A stretch of DNA of 63,836 bases, counting the filler, from Sphacelaria rigidula (lineage: Eukaryota): assembly GCA_964200075.2 (NCBI GenBank). It is 5 parts of 5 records of this genome, joined end to end, with 100 filler letters (N's around TTAATTAATTAA, not from the genome) between each part and the next. Parts side by side here need not be neighbours in the genome. Positions count along the whole stretch, not along the records: positions 12,791 to 25,480 come from CAXNAA020003499.1; positions 25,581 to 38,268 come from CAXNAA020003500.1; 3 more parts are not named here. One strand, given 5' to 3'. Below, one piece after another: positions 23,196 to 35,957 of the stretch (within the stretch, counting starts at the first letter, position 1; each line of letters starts with the position of its first letter). The notes beneath the pieces are model-generated. The model had not been told where the DNA came from. It saw only the letters and a list, made by a program, of their open reading frames with translations, and ran no database searches. Made by a program: the position numbers and the translations under genes.

Positions 23196-26100
23196 CCACT
23201 AATGGAACGCACGAAGACAAGCTTCTCCGATCAAAAGCTGACTCTCAATCGTAAGCTGCTCTCTCAATCTCGCCAAAACCTTGGTAATAGTAAATCCCGC
23301 GGTAATCTCATGATATCTCGTGATCGAAGCACATATATGTCCCGCGACTTCGTGTTGCCTACATAGACCTTGCAACCCGTATGCATAACACACAAATAGT
23401 CCCCCAATCCTGACGGATAAAGGCAAGCATATGGCTGCCAATACTCGTGACTACCGTCAACACCTACAGAGCCAGGTTAACAGCAAATACGAGGAGCAAC
23501 ATCTCTGTTCAACCCTGTTTAAGGTTCTGTTCAGTTTTGTTCTTTTTCCATTATATGAAGGCCTTTGAGAACACGATTCCTTTCGTTTTCATGTTCCAGG
23601 TGAGACAGTCATGCTCCACAGTATCGTGTATTGAGCTCAGACAAGAAACCATTGTGGGAAGAGGGATGATTGCAGTCAGCACTGATAATTGGCGCGACAG
23701 GTATGGACAAGCGGCGAAGAAGTTAGCATGGCAAGGGACGTACGTCACTGCGCAGTCGTCAGGTGGTTGCTACTCAAACCCTACTCCGCTCTGGAGTTCA
23801 TGACTGAATCGATACGGTGTTCTCAGTGCTGCGAGTCTCACTTTGTGCACACAGGTCCAGTACTGCTGACTTCTTCTGGCGTGGAACTAGACCTGTACGT
23901 CATCCAATACATGTCACTTTGTTAGGTAGTAAAATGCTCTGCCAGAGCTTGGCAAATTGGAAGTTGCTCGACTACCGACGCATTTACCTACAAACCCGGC
24001 CAGACCTTACTCTAACTTGGTACCGGGAGACTAATACCAGAGCAACCATATCCATGGCTATTAGACTGTCATCATGCCCCCCCCTGGAAGTTCTAATGCT
24101 GTCTGTAAGGGGGCGTTGGCCCCTTGCCAGGTAGCCTTGCAAGGGTGCTTGGCAGAACTCGCACTGTTCGCGCGAGAGGGGCTCCATGTCGAGCTGTCGT
24201 GCAAGTTGGAGCGAGAGTTGAGCCCAGTACCCTCATAATTGAGCCTAGAGAGTGCAAATAAGTAAAATGTTGCTGCAAGCGTTGATCCATGAGCGTGCTA
24301 AGTTTCATGACACAGCTGGCAGGATCGGTTGCTGCTTGCGTGCTGGTTGATATCGTACTCTTTGTGATTGTCATTAGGCTGTGGGTATTTACAATTGAAA
24401 CGCGGCGCAATCTGAACGCATACACTCGTGCTCAAATGTACAAAGATGTATTTGCGTGTCGTGAAGGCGGGTGTTGAAGATATGAATCGGACACCGATAG
24501 GTTGTATTCTGAGGGAAAGGAACGTTTCGTAGATCGAAGTAATGCAAAGTCCGGAAGTGTCGTCTCCTCTCGTGACCTAGTGATAGGCTCCGTGTCTGAC
24601 TGTCACACTTATTCCGTGTTGACTGTTTCTCCCACGGACTGACTTAATAGTTGGACTTCATTTAATCTTATTTTCGTGTATTTGTAGTGTGTATTTTAGT
24701 TCACGTGTCTCCCCTCCGGCGACTTGTCTAGGTCGCTTTACGCTTCCCTAATAACGTGAACCCATACACGAGGCAGCCTCTTATTACGCCAATGCATCGC
24801 TTTGTCAAGGAGTCGTGCGTTTTAGATAAGCTATGGGATCAGTTCCACAGCCGACGGTACATGATCGTATTGAGCGAACTAGGTGTAAATAAGAGAGGTA
24901 AAAAAGTGAAAAGGGGAGGAATATGGAGAGTAAGGAGTGAGGAGTAAAGTGGAGAGGTACAAAGTATGGAGTAAGGAGCAATGTGGAGCGGAGGAGAATG
25001 TGGAGTGAGGGGAAGAAAGCAAAAACGTCGAAGACAGCAGCAACACAGGAGCGAAAGTGACCAGGGAAGAGTGGCAAATACTAGAGGCGAGTACGTGAGC
25101 CCGAGAGTAGCGTTCCATCATAAGAAATAAACTACCTGGATCCATCGCCAGTATAATGCCATGGCGACAACAAGGAGGAAATGTATCTCATTGGGCTGGC
25201 CTCAGGTGCAAGTATTTTGAACAATCTTCGGAACTCGTGGTCGAGAATCGTGGGGGGAGGGGGGGGTGATACCATGATTCCAGCTGGACTGTTTCAGATT
25301 ATTTGAATAGCCGATTTTGGGTTTTGGGAACATTCTTTTGTATCTCAGAAGGAATGTGGCCTGGGTTTCATCTGGAGTATACAATACCCTTGCAAGATAA
25401 GGAGTTCATACGTCGGACGAGCACGAGTGTGACTCGTGGCACTCGCACTCGTTGGGCTGCTCGTTGGCCGTAAAAATAATNNNNNNNNNNNNNNNNNNNN
25501 NNNNNNNNNNNNNNNNNNNNNNNNTTAATTAATTAANNNNNNNNNNNNNNNNNNNNNNNNNNNNNNNNNNNNNNNNNNNNGTGTTCTTCGAAGTGAATTG
25601 AACTTAGTACAGCCTTGATTACATTACGGCGGGCGATGTGTTGATCTTGCGTGCTGCAGCCAAATTACATCAACACCGATAGCTCCGTGCCTGTTGTGCC
25701 GCAGAGGGTGATCTTGCCCGTTTGTCGGCGAATGTTTGGCAAATCGAAGATGCACCGGGACAGAATCTGCTTAATTAAATTAGCGGGCGAAGCCCGTATC
25801 ACGAGCCAAACCTCCCACACGAAGAGTAGGGTAACCCAAAGTGAATTGACAGAAGCGCGACTATGGCTGAGGGTTCAAACTCGGCACTTTCCCAAAATTG
25901 AAGACCTGTCCACGATCAGACGGGGGACTAAAACATGATACACGTCCTGTTTCACTATAATACTGTCTGTGCCGCAGCAAAAACATCCAAGCCTTCCCTC
26001 ATTTGTTGGAGCTTCCACTGTCTGTTGTGTTGTAGTGTGTTCACGTTTTGTGAAGACGATTTGGATTGCATGAGCTGCGATATTGTCGTTGTGTTCGTCT

Positions 26101-26989
26101 CTCCAGAAAACAATGTTAGTCGGCACGCAGTGCTGGCCGCACACTCTTAATAGCTTCACGGGTGAGTTGACTGTTTTGGTAAGACGAACAACGCGCTGTC
26201 CGTTGCTGCGACAACCCCTGCTGGTGCCGTGCGTTGGGCGCCTGTACTGTACGGTACTATTGTACTGTGTTCGGTGTACAATACTGTGTTATCTATCATA
26301 CTGTAATTGTCTGAAACGCGCTACGAGTTAAACCGCACAACAGTTGGTTTTAGACTACTCCCCTGGCGATTCCCGAGCGAAATGGAGCGATATGATTGGT
26401 AAGTTACCGAGCGATCTGTCCCGCTCCAAATGCAGTCTGCCTACAAGACAACACGTCGGTACACTGTGTCTGTGTATTGTTGTACAGGTTATCCAATTGG
26501 CAACACGAGTAGTGTGAGTATTCCTGTATCGCACCACATGTCAGCTGCGTTCAGAGCACTATAGGCCCTGTACAGTACTTCTCCTGTACTACTGCTGTTG
26601 TCTGTTGTCTGTTGTCCGCTGTACATAGTGTACAGTCCGCACAGCAGATAGCAGACAGCAGACAATAACGTTACTTGTGGCACAATGATGGTGTGATTTC
26701 GCAAGTCTCCCTACTTGCGGGTATACGATCATGTATATAGTAGTATTCAGAGCATCCGAATGCCGTTATCTGCGCGGACACACTGTATTCCTGCGCATGG
26801 GCTGCGGCGGGTGTGAACGATTGTCATTACGTAATGCACACTCTCATAATGACAGGGTTACACTTGAACACCCAGCTAGTCTGTAATATCATGTTGTCCA
26901 TCCCGCAGCAACTATTGTATTACGGGGGAAGATTGTTCGTAGGGATGGATACATGAAAAGACGTAACTCGAGCATTCTTCGGTCGATTT

Positions 26990-27600
26990 CAACGAACGAT
27001 AGCTCGGATGAACCGCAAGGTCCACGCGAACAATGACCAGCAAAGAAAAAGAAAAAAGAGCTAGAACACAAGAAGTTAAAGCCCATTTCATGAACTTTTT
27101 CTGAAATTTTCCTGCTGGTTTCCGTCCGATCATGGATGAAGGGTTGAGATATGACATGCCATACCTACGGCGTGTCGACGTCGAATTCAACAAACGATAG
27201 CTCGGATGAACCGTAAGGTCCACGCGAACAATAGCCAGTAACAGAGAAAAAGAAAGAGCAAGAACACAAAAAGTTGAGGCCCATTCCGTTAGATTGTTCT
27301 GAAATGTTCCTGTTGGTTTCCCTCCGATCATGGATGAAGCGTTGAGATATGGCATGCCATATCTGCGGCGTGTTGGCGTCAACTTCAACAAACGATAGCT
27401 CGGATGAACCGCAAGGTCCACGCGATCAACGCGTAGCAACACAAAATCAGAAAAAAAATGCACGCGGGGAAGTAAGGCCCATTCCGTGAAATTGTTCTGA
27501 ATTTTTCCTGTTGGTTTGCCTCCGATCATGGATGAAGGTTGAGGTATGGCATGCCGTATCCGGCGTGTTGACGTCAAATTCAACAAACTATAGCTCGAAT
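26990..27600. repeat. Tandem array of three ~198-bp units
   Basis: atagctcgga/atagctcgaa recurs at 26999, 27197, 27395 and 27589 (spacing 198, 198, 194); shared core ccgatcatggatgaag...catgcc...cggcgtgt...ttcaacaaac. Confidence 0.92.
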
Positions 27601-27608
27601 AATGTGCC

Positions 27609-28032
27609 GGGCTCTCTGAGTAGTGCCGGTGTCCGTGGTGGGCACATACCGGCACTACTGAGAGCCCCCCTGTATATATAACATGCATATAGTGACCGGT
27701 GGATCTGTATCCGGTCGAGAATGCTATCCTTGTTGGATATTACGAGTATAATCGAGTATGAACTCCACGTCGCGAGCATAAATCGAGCATAATTTGTTTG
27801 AACATGCCAGCATAAATCTAGCATAAATTCCACGTTACGAGCGTTATTTTTGGTGATATTCAAGATTTTCGAAAAACCGTTTTTTGTCGTTTCAGAGTGC
27901 AAATATCTCAGGATCAGAGTGTAACGAAAAATTAGTTCCCTCTCCGTCAAATGTGGTATCCCCTTGACTTCTCTTCGATGAGCGGTTTTTTATCCATCTG
28001 CACTCTGCTCCTGAGATATTTGCACTCTGAAA
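27609..28032. repeat. Hairpin (27609-27667) and 24-bp perfect inverted repeat (27890-27913 / 28009-28032)
   Basis: gggctctc..agtagtgccggt / accggcactact.gagagccc; tttcagagtgcaaatatctcagga / tcctgagatatttgcactctgaaa. Confidence 0.85.
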
Positions 28033-28775
28033 TGAATAAAAAGCGTTTTCCGAAACTCTCCATCACTAGCAAAATGACCTTCCTAGCATCACAAGTAGAA
28101 GCATACTTGTAAGATAGGAGTCAAGTGCTGCTTCATGCCTTTAGACCGCATGTTTTCAATCTCAAACGATTGTTTTATACCTCGTTGTATTCTTCTCCGC
28201 GCGCCGCTAGTTTATACTTTTGAGTTGAAGCCTTCAAGGAACGTGAATGCGGTGGGCCTATGAGATCGGCAAAAACAAATTCGACCGCAATTTTTCGATA
28301 GAGAACAAAAGTGCTAAAACACGCCCTCAGAGCCCCAAAGAGTCGATATATCAAAGGTGCTTGGCCCTAAAGAGGCAGCGGAGCTAGGAAAGGTGCACCG
28401 AATGCCTTCTGCAGATGGCCTTCTGCAATTCTGCTGTTCTATTCTGACCGACCGGACGAACCCTTCGTTTCTGACTGGCCGGGTAGATTTTTCACTAAAT
28501 CGCACTTCCTGAATCCAACCACCCTGGGATTGATTCGGCTACGTAGCTCTCTCTCTTTCATCGTCTAACTCTCCCAAAGGCCAACTACCCTTCACCAGGT
28601 GAAGCTGGCGGAAGCGCACGACTTCGTCGTGTCAGACGGCGGTTTACCCGGAAACGGTGATCAAATAGGCGACACGGCGAGCGTGTTCGAAGCCATTTGC
28701 CAAGGATGCAAGCCTCACGTGCCAGCGAACTGGCCGGACACGCGCCAGCAACCTCCAACAACTGGTTTTGCTTAC

Positions 28776-29341
28776 GCGAGAATCTGTAGGGATCTCGTGG
28801 AGGCGCCACGTTACTTGCTCCGTAGACGACCACAGCCTGCGGACGATAACGCCCGAGCAATCTGCGGCGTTGCGTGACCCAGCTATCTCCATGGTTCCTC
28901 ACGGAAATAGTAGAACACTGCAGGCCGCCGTGATTGATTTATTTTTGGGAAGTGCTTTCTTGACTTTTCTTACCCCGGGGCGGGTGTTTGTCCTTCATGC
29001 GGGATCATCCCATCGGACATGTGTTTTTGGAATTTCCTGTCTTTCTCGGCTATCAACGCCCCCGACAGCCTATTTATTTCGTCGAGTGCTGCTGCCGTCG
29101 ACGCAGTCGTTGGCGTTAGCCCCGACGCGTCCGGGACTCTCTCTTTAGGCGTAGTGTACTCCTTGATCTCGGTTGTGTAACTCATCTGGGTGGGCGCCCA
29201 CCACGTCACGCAGTTCCGTTTGCCGTGGAAATGGCTCGAGTACGATTGCACCACTTGGGGTGGCACTAGCGCGTTTGCCTCGTTCGATGCCCACTGGCAT
29301 TCCGGGACACACGTGTTGTACGTGTGTACGTAAGGACGGAT
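28776..29341 (-). CDS. Orphan exon pair (29341-28974, 28836-28776), unknown protein or captured gene fragment
   Basis: ttgtag|ATC...CCG GG|gtaag, 122 open codons with coding-like usage, then ccgcag|G CTG TGG...CGC|gtaag in phase. No domain recognised. Confidence 0.4.
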
Positions 29342-29959
29342 CTACAAGTAGTGGCCAGGGATAGATCGAGAGAACATAGCGGGAACTTGCCGAGCGACGA
29401 CTCAGGTCTCAGCTCCGCCTTCCTGCGCACCCTTGCGCACGTGGAAGGACGTCACTCGGACTAAAACGATTTTGTCTGGAATTTGCGTGGTGCGATGCGC
29501 GAAAGAATTGTCATCGTCAATCTATGGCCCCTACTTTCTTTCCGTCCCTTCTTCTGCTTGTATGCCGTTCTTGCTTTTCTTCATTGAGGGCGTCTGTCTC
29601 TTCTGTACCTTTCCCATTCAATTCCAATGAGAGAAAGGATAGGGAAATTGGAAGTATGATGCGAAGCAGAGCGATCTATTGTTAGTAATACGTCAGTATC
29701 GGGTGGTACGCACGGTACTGGCACAATCTCTAAACGCGGTACTTGCAACACCTCGACAGAAAGTATAGGCAGGACTTCTATGAAGAGTAGGTGCAATCAA
29801 CAGAACACGCCGAGACAGCAATGAGCAGGCAAACGCCAAGTGCTTCGTCGGCGAAGAATGCGGCGAAAATAATACCGAATCAAACGCAGCATGGCTGAGA
29901 GCAAACAAACACCTCGCCACAGCAACAGCCCCTGGCTCTAGCTCCAGACACATGCGTTG

Positions 29960-30504
29960 TATCACATAAACGGAACGGCTCTTGACAGATAGTTAAAGCA
30001 CCTGTCTCATCCGTGTTCCATCTGTGGTCGGTTGCTCGCCTTTCCTTGTGCACGTAGTCCTCACAGGCCGCATAAAACTCCGGCATGCGATCTTCTTCGT
30101 CGGCCGCACCACCCTGTCGGCCTTGTAAATGCGGTTGCTGCGCTCACCTAGCCGCGGGTGCCTCCGAAGGACCAAGCCGAGTTATTTTCGACCTGAACCT
30201 ACTATCAGGTCCTATGGCACCGGTCGGTTGTCGCTCCAGAGTGCCATAGCCGCCTGTTTCAGTCCATCTCTATTCAGGCCCGTTGACGAGCTGCGGCAAG
30301 TTTTCAGCATATTTCTTCCCACTTCGACAGTACAGTACCCGGACCAACCCTGCCAGCTTTGCCCACGCTACCACTGACACGCTTCTGCAGCGGATTAACG
30401 AAGCCTTCAAAGGTCTTTGCAGTAGCATGGAAGGTCATGCGACCGCTGCGTATCGCTTCTACGGCCTCTATTGCACGTTCTGGGTCCACATTTACTCTCT
30501 GCAT
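29960..30504 (-). mobile_element. pogo/Fot1-like (Tc1/mariner superfamily) transposase remnant
   Basis: Psq-type HTH (AIEAVEAIRSGRMTFHATAKTF...LQKRVSG), GPGTVLSKWEE, CENP-B-like LRRHPRLGER, and the first catalytic motif RWNTDETG, spread over three frames. The rest of the DDE domain is absent. Confidence 0.8.
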
Positions 30505-33500
30505 GCTTAGCAACCGATCGACCAAAAAGCCGATTTTGAAGAAAGACACACATGCTCTTATTCACAGTGCTATGGAATGGTGTTTTCTGGAACAGAAGGC
30601 ACGTGCAGTAGCTCAAAAGAAGCGTCGTGCTCTTGTGCACACGCAGCACAAAACAGAATGGAAAACAATCAACATTTCGCGAAGTTATGGACGATTGAAA
30701 ACAAGAGTACCTCAATTGGTACTGTACCGAAATAGGGACGTTTACTCTAGATACGGACAGATCTGGGGTGCGTCGGGGTAGTAGAAGCACCCAGAGTAAC
30801 GAGCGAGACTACCCCTTTTGCAACAGATACAAACATAACTGAGGGGGGTAGGGGTAACACAACCAGGCAGAGTAACGAAGTTGGAGCATAAAGTAGGTGA
30901 GCAAGGTGTGATGCTGTTCACAATTGTTGAGTGTAATCAGTTGATGGCTGTTCCAAAAACGATGTAACTGATATATTGACGCTAGTTCACACTTCTCAGC
31001 GAATATTTCGGTGTCCTCCAACGCGCAAGTGTTAAAACTCTTAACCACTCACCACGTACATCGCTGATTCACTTGTACCGCTTCAACATGAGACATGTCC
31101 CCTTGTTGCGCAGCGATACTTTGAAGTATTTCCCATAGACTACACGTTCCGGGACTTTGACGAGGCTAAGCACAAGCAAGTGGCGGTGGTTCGATCACGC
31201 CCACCGATTCTGGATGGTGAGAGCGGTGGAGACTGCTAGGAGCTATCATGCCGACAGCTCAAGCACCCGGCACGCGAACGAGAGGAGTACTTGTAGCTTT
31301 ATGTACCACGGGATCGCAAGAAGCCACCGGTGTCAGGGTTAGACGAATTCCAGTTGCAGCAGCTAATGTCACGCTTTGAAGTGCATGTCTATTATAGGAT
31401 TGTGAACTGGCGGCCGGGGTCAGTCAAGATTACATTGGCCGAGCGGGACTGAATGTCACAGATGATATACTTGCCTTGTGCCACAAGTTAGATGAGTTAT
31501 GGGGTGCAGATCATATCTCCCGAAGAGAGGTGCTGACGATGTTAGTTGTGTTCATAAGAAAGACACAACGCAGATGATGCTAATTAGCCAAGAAAGGAAA
31601 TTAAGCTACATTTCTCCACCAAAACTAGGTCAAAGTGTATACCCCATGTTGGCTGTATTAGAGTGCTGCCGGGAATTCTGGAACCAGGGATATAAGGGCA
31701 CATCGGGGTAAGGGCGAGACAAAGGGCGGGGATGTCGGCAAGGGTGGTAAAATGCCGTGAAGAGACCTTCCAAACAGTTGGGAGCTATCTAACATCAAGT
31801 CGCAGTGACAACGAGGACGCCTTACTTTTTGTTGTTTGCTTGCCCTCGATGTTTTTTAGCGCTCGTCCGTGATGAGGGCAAGATACGGCCGTTCTCGGGC
31901 AGACTCTAAAATGTTTGGCCTTTCGACCGCATGATGGAAATGTGGGTGACGAAGACGTCGCGGTTCAGCTGAAAAAAAAACGAAAAAACGATTAAAAAAC
32001 AGATGGGACCAATCGGGTGCGGTTAAACCCTTGACCGCGAGGGTATGTCATGCTGGCCATACATTTTTTTTCAAGTGAAGTTGATGCTGAGTCAACAGTT
32101 GACCTCCTACGCTGGCCGTAGCGGATTGGTGGTCGTAAGCGAATATAGATATTGAACTCGCAGCAGGACATACATGGTCGCTGGGCAGCTTGATGGGACA
32201 ACGAGTGCCATGCACAAGACGTACTTTATTCCCCGCCGGCCCTCTGCGGGAGTTGATCGTGATGTTTCTCTAGTGTAGCAGGAGAAAAATGTCCCTTTGC
32301 ACTTAGATAGTTGAGTAAAACATGGTCCCCGAAGGCCCCGAAGCCGAAGGGGAGATAGTTTACACATGTGTGATGGAAGGGTGTACCCCAGGGGTAACAT
32401 GTCGCATTACACACGCTTGGTTTCTATTCAGTCCCTTCCGGCTATGTATGCATGTGTTGTTGACGCACATTTTAAACACACATCCAAACACACCAGGAGT
32501 CCTGACGTTACAAAAAATTCGAAGAAACACCGTATTTTTCGAGCCGTGTGAAAAAACGACACCCAGCCAACGGCAAACTGGGTGGACGAAAGATCGCAAA
32601 AATAGTCTGAATTTGCCTTGTAAGATTTTTGGGAGAACTTTCTGAGGAGGTGTGCAATCGGCCAAGGTCCGTATTCCAGAGGAGAAACGGTGCTGAATCA
32701 TCAAGAAGGCATTTCTTGGGGAGATATTCCCTGCACATAAGGCGGTCTCGCACGAAACAGCTTTTCACACTTGTTTTTCGCTGTGTGATGAACCAAGTTA
32801 CGTGAACACCTGTCCCCGAGCTTTATTTCATTATTATGCCCCTCCTGTTCAGTCACTGCCTTGCATTGACAAAATTAATCGTTTTCGATCGTCACGCGTT
32901 AAAAAAAGACTGTACATGTACAGACCCCCATTGCAGCAGCACCTTGGCGAGGTCTTCTTCGACAGCTGAACCGGAATGGCGAGCGGGGAAATTGTTGGTA
33001 CACCGTGCCGCCACCATATTGGTCTTTTCCTTCGCCGCATGCAAGCAGCTACAATGGTCTGCCAACCGAAGGAAAAGAGGTGGCAGGCCAGGGCGTGCTT
33101 GTGGACATTGTTGTGACTCTGGCCAAGGTGCCCTTTCTGGCGCTCGGTCTGGGCACCACATGAGAACGCCCCCCTCTCTTGACAACCCTGGCAGTGTACG
33201 GATTGCAGAGGGTCCGGAAGCTCACCAACGCGGTACAACAATTCCGACATATATATGTAGTACCCTCCCTCACTAAACACTTCTATCAACAAATGTCTCA
33301 GGTAAATCTACTCCGTGCGCACGGAACACATGAACAAAATCTCCATGGTATGTTACCTAGAGATTGAGCGAATTCAAGATCATTTGGAATATAATGGACC
33401 GTTCATCAGCACGTGTCTTTGCCCACAGGTCATTACTTATACAACAGCCGGCGTAGAGAGATATATTTGGTACACAAGAGCCGTGGTGAGTACGGAGTAG

Positions 33501-35683
33501 AAATCAAGACTTTGCTGCGCATAAAACAAGCTATGCATCGCTTCTCCGAGCACCGTCGAACATTCGAAAAGTCTCTGGGGCCCAATATGCTTTCGGAATA
33601 ATCCAACCACGTCTGCCATTAAAGTGTTATCAATCAGAAGTCTTCCTCCGCAAACCGTCCTTTTTCTCTCCTCCATTCAACTAGTATCTTAGCACGATCG
33701 AGAGGAGCCATGTTTGCTAAATGTCCGCGGTGTAGCCGCGTGCGGTCTTACCGTTATGCGGTACCCTCCAAATACCGGTGTGCATCACAACCCCCGACTG
33801 ACACCATTTCTAACTGCTTGGCAGCAAGGGCCTTTGAGTATTTGTATCATACTTACTCATTCACTACGTGTCTACTCGTGATCGCAAGACAGCGGCAGCG
33901 GAGGTATATTAACGGAAACCATTTTCCACCTATCATAGCGAGAATGCGTAGAGACAAAACTCGACGCGAGCTCTCGGGTTTCTGGTTACATCGTCTTTAC
34001 ATCCAAAACCCATGGTGGGAAATTTCGCCAATTTGGAGTGACCCCCCTCCCCATATCTACGATGCTACCCTCCGGTCCCCTTCAGCGTCCCGAGGCCAGA
34101 TAGTTGGAGAGAGTAAGGCCGATCTGGCCGGCAACATCCTCTGCGAGCTCTCTGGAGATGTTACACCTGTCATTTGTTGGGTACCATAATGGTGAAACGG
34201 AATGAGCCTCGGCGTTGTACGGCGCGAGAAGGATAGAACGTTGCTTTCGAGTTCGAACAACTTCGCCATTCACCACAGTGCGAGCCTGTTAAATCTCATG
34301 TACGAAAAGGTTGGCGTTGGCAGGCACCTACACAAAGGAGGCAATGCACTGGGCGGAGTTGGCTCGTCACCGTGTTGCGCATACTCGTACTCTTCTCAAT
34401 ACGCTGCAGTCAAAAATAGAATTCAATCTAAGCTGGGATTTTGGGCTCTTTGGGTCGATCAAATTGTGGTGGAGTGAAGGTTGTGGTCACGCCGATCGCA
34501 ACACCAAAATAGAGTGGTTTAGCCTTGTACAATGGTCCAAGCAAAAGTACTCGTGAGTATGGGTAAAACGCTCGATGTCGCAGAAACCCTTGCCTTGGCA
34601 GCGCCTACTGCAGCGCCTTGAGCGTGGGCAATTTCGCCCTGTACGGTTGCACCGACACTCTCGAGGTCACAAAAAACGCTACGAAAAAATCACGAGAAAA
34701 GGCGCCAACATTTGGTGCACGTTCGTAGAAATGACTAGATATATATCTTTTGCGAAGCTTGGAGTTCATCCAACGGTCACGACTCGTGGAATGCAACGTA
34801 GTCAGCGCACCCGCGTAAAGAGGCAAAATCTTCGTGGTCACCACCACCTTTCAGCGCAAGCGCCACAGTCATTCGGCGTACTGACAGGTGAAGATGTTTT
34901 TACACACACGGCATACTTGTTGAAATGCGTAACGTATTCATTGCTCTCGTGTGGTCTCCGAGTGAAACACATGCCGTATGGCACAGCAGCCTACGCCCGT
35001 CGAATATTCTTCGTGTCCTGAATCCAAGAGCCTACTTTCATCGGAGCTTTCGCCCCAGTCATGCATCGCTGAGAGCTGAACCTATCGTGAGATTCGTGTC
35101 TACAGCCTGCGATCTGCGATACCGTAGTAGTCTACGCGTCCTCGAACACGGAACTGGCGCTTGACTGCAAGGAGCCCCTGTGTGCTGACTATACACCACG
35201 GCATGCGTCTGGTCCCCAAACTCAGCGGATCGATTACCAAGTGCAGATCGACCACCCTTGCCAGTGATTCATCGTGTCGGAAAAAAAAACTAAATGTTCT
35301 CCTTGCCGTTTTTCGACGCGTCAGCCCGGTTCCTCAAGGTTCTCTTACTAGGGTACCGCGTCCAATGGTACGTGCTACGAACAGGCAGACGGACCCCGGT
35401 GCGTGGGTAACTATCTCCACAAAACAGAACGCTTACTTGCAAAAAAATACCCCAAGCTTCCAGTCACGAAAGTACTTGTGCGAGCGCCATCTAACACATC
35501 GAGGCTGCAAACACCTGGCCCATACCGACTGCAAGTCATCATCAGTGGCGTTACTATATTTTAGCAGTTAGTTGAGCGGACGATACTGAAATTGGGTCCT
35601 TAACGATGGGAGACTATACTTCAGTGTTCGCCTCGGAAAGTTTTCCCGCGATACTTGCTCACGCGCGGGGTATTTGCCGCCGC

Positions 35684-35957
35684 GCCACGGTGGTCTAGTA
35701 ATGGTACAACCGACGCCATTGGGTGGGAGGCATGGGGGTTCGATGCCCGGCAAATGGGGATTACCCGAGATGTCTAATTTCCATCGTTGTAACCGCGAAG
35801 ATCATGAGCAGCACCGAGAGAGGTTACTTGACGAGAGCCGACGCGGTGCGGGAGTTTGGTCCCAATTCACGAGACCAAAATGTAATGTGCGCACGGGCGG
35901 GGTAGATGGCTTGATCCCTCGAGACAACGTACTAATCTCTAGGAAGAGGGGGGATTA
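35684..35957 (+). mobile_element. tRNA-Pro(TGG)-derived SINE
   Basis: Head GCCACGGTGGTCTAGTAATGGTA...CGCCATTGGGTGGGAG...GGGTTCGATGCCCGG resembles eukaryotic tRNA-Pro; the cloverleaf is broken; the 3' body is shared with 6868-7113. Confidence 0.72.

Noticed and set aside
26489..26540. CDTGI as the missing subtilase Asp motif
   Set aside because: The context lacks the preceding hydrophobic strand and the following LD..CFF-type residues.
26990..27600. CRISPR-like repeat-spacer array
   Set aside because: Units are 198 bp, the variable parts are homologous to one another, no cas genes are present and the context is eukaryotic.
26912..27688. 258-aa minus-strand ORF
   Set aside because: It stays open mainly because the 198-bp tandem unit is a multiple of three; no domain or splice support.
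35684..35755. Functional tRNA-Pro gene
   Set aside because: Acceptor and anticodon stems do not pair properly, and it continues into a repeated body, so it is a SINE head.
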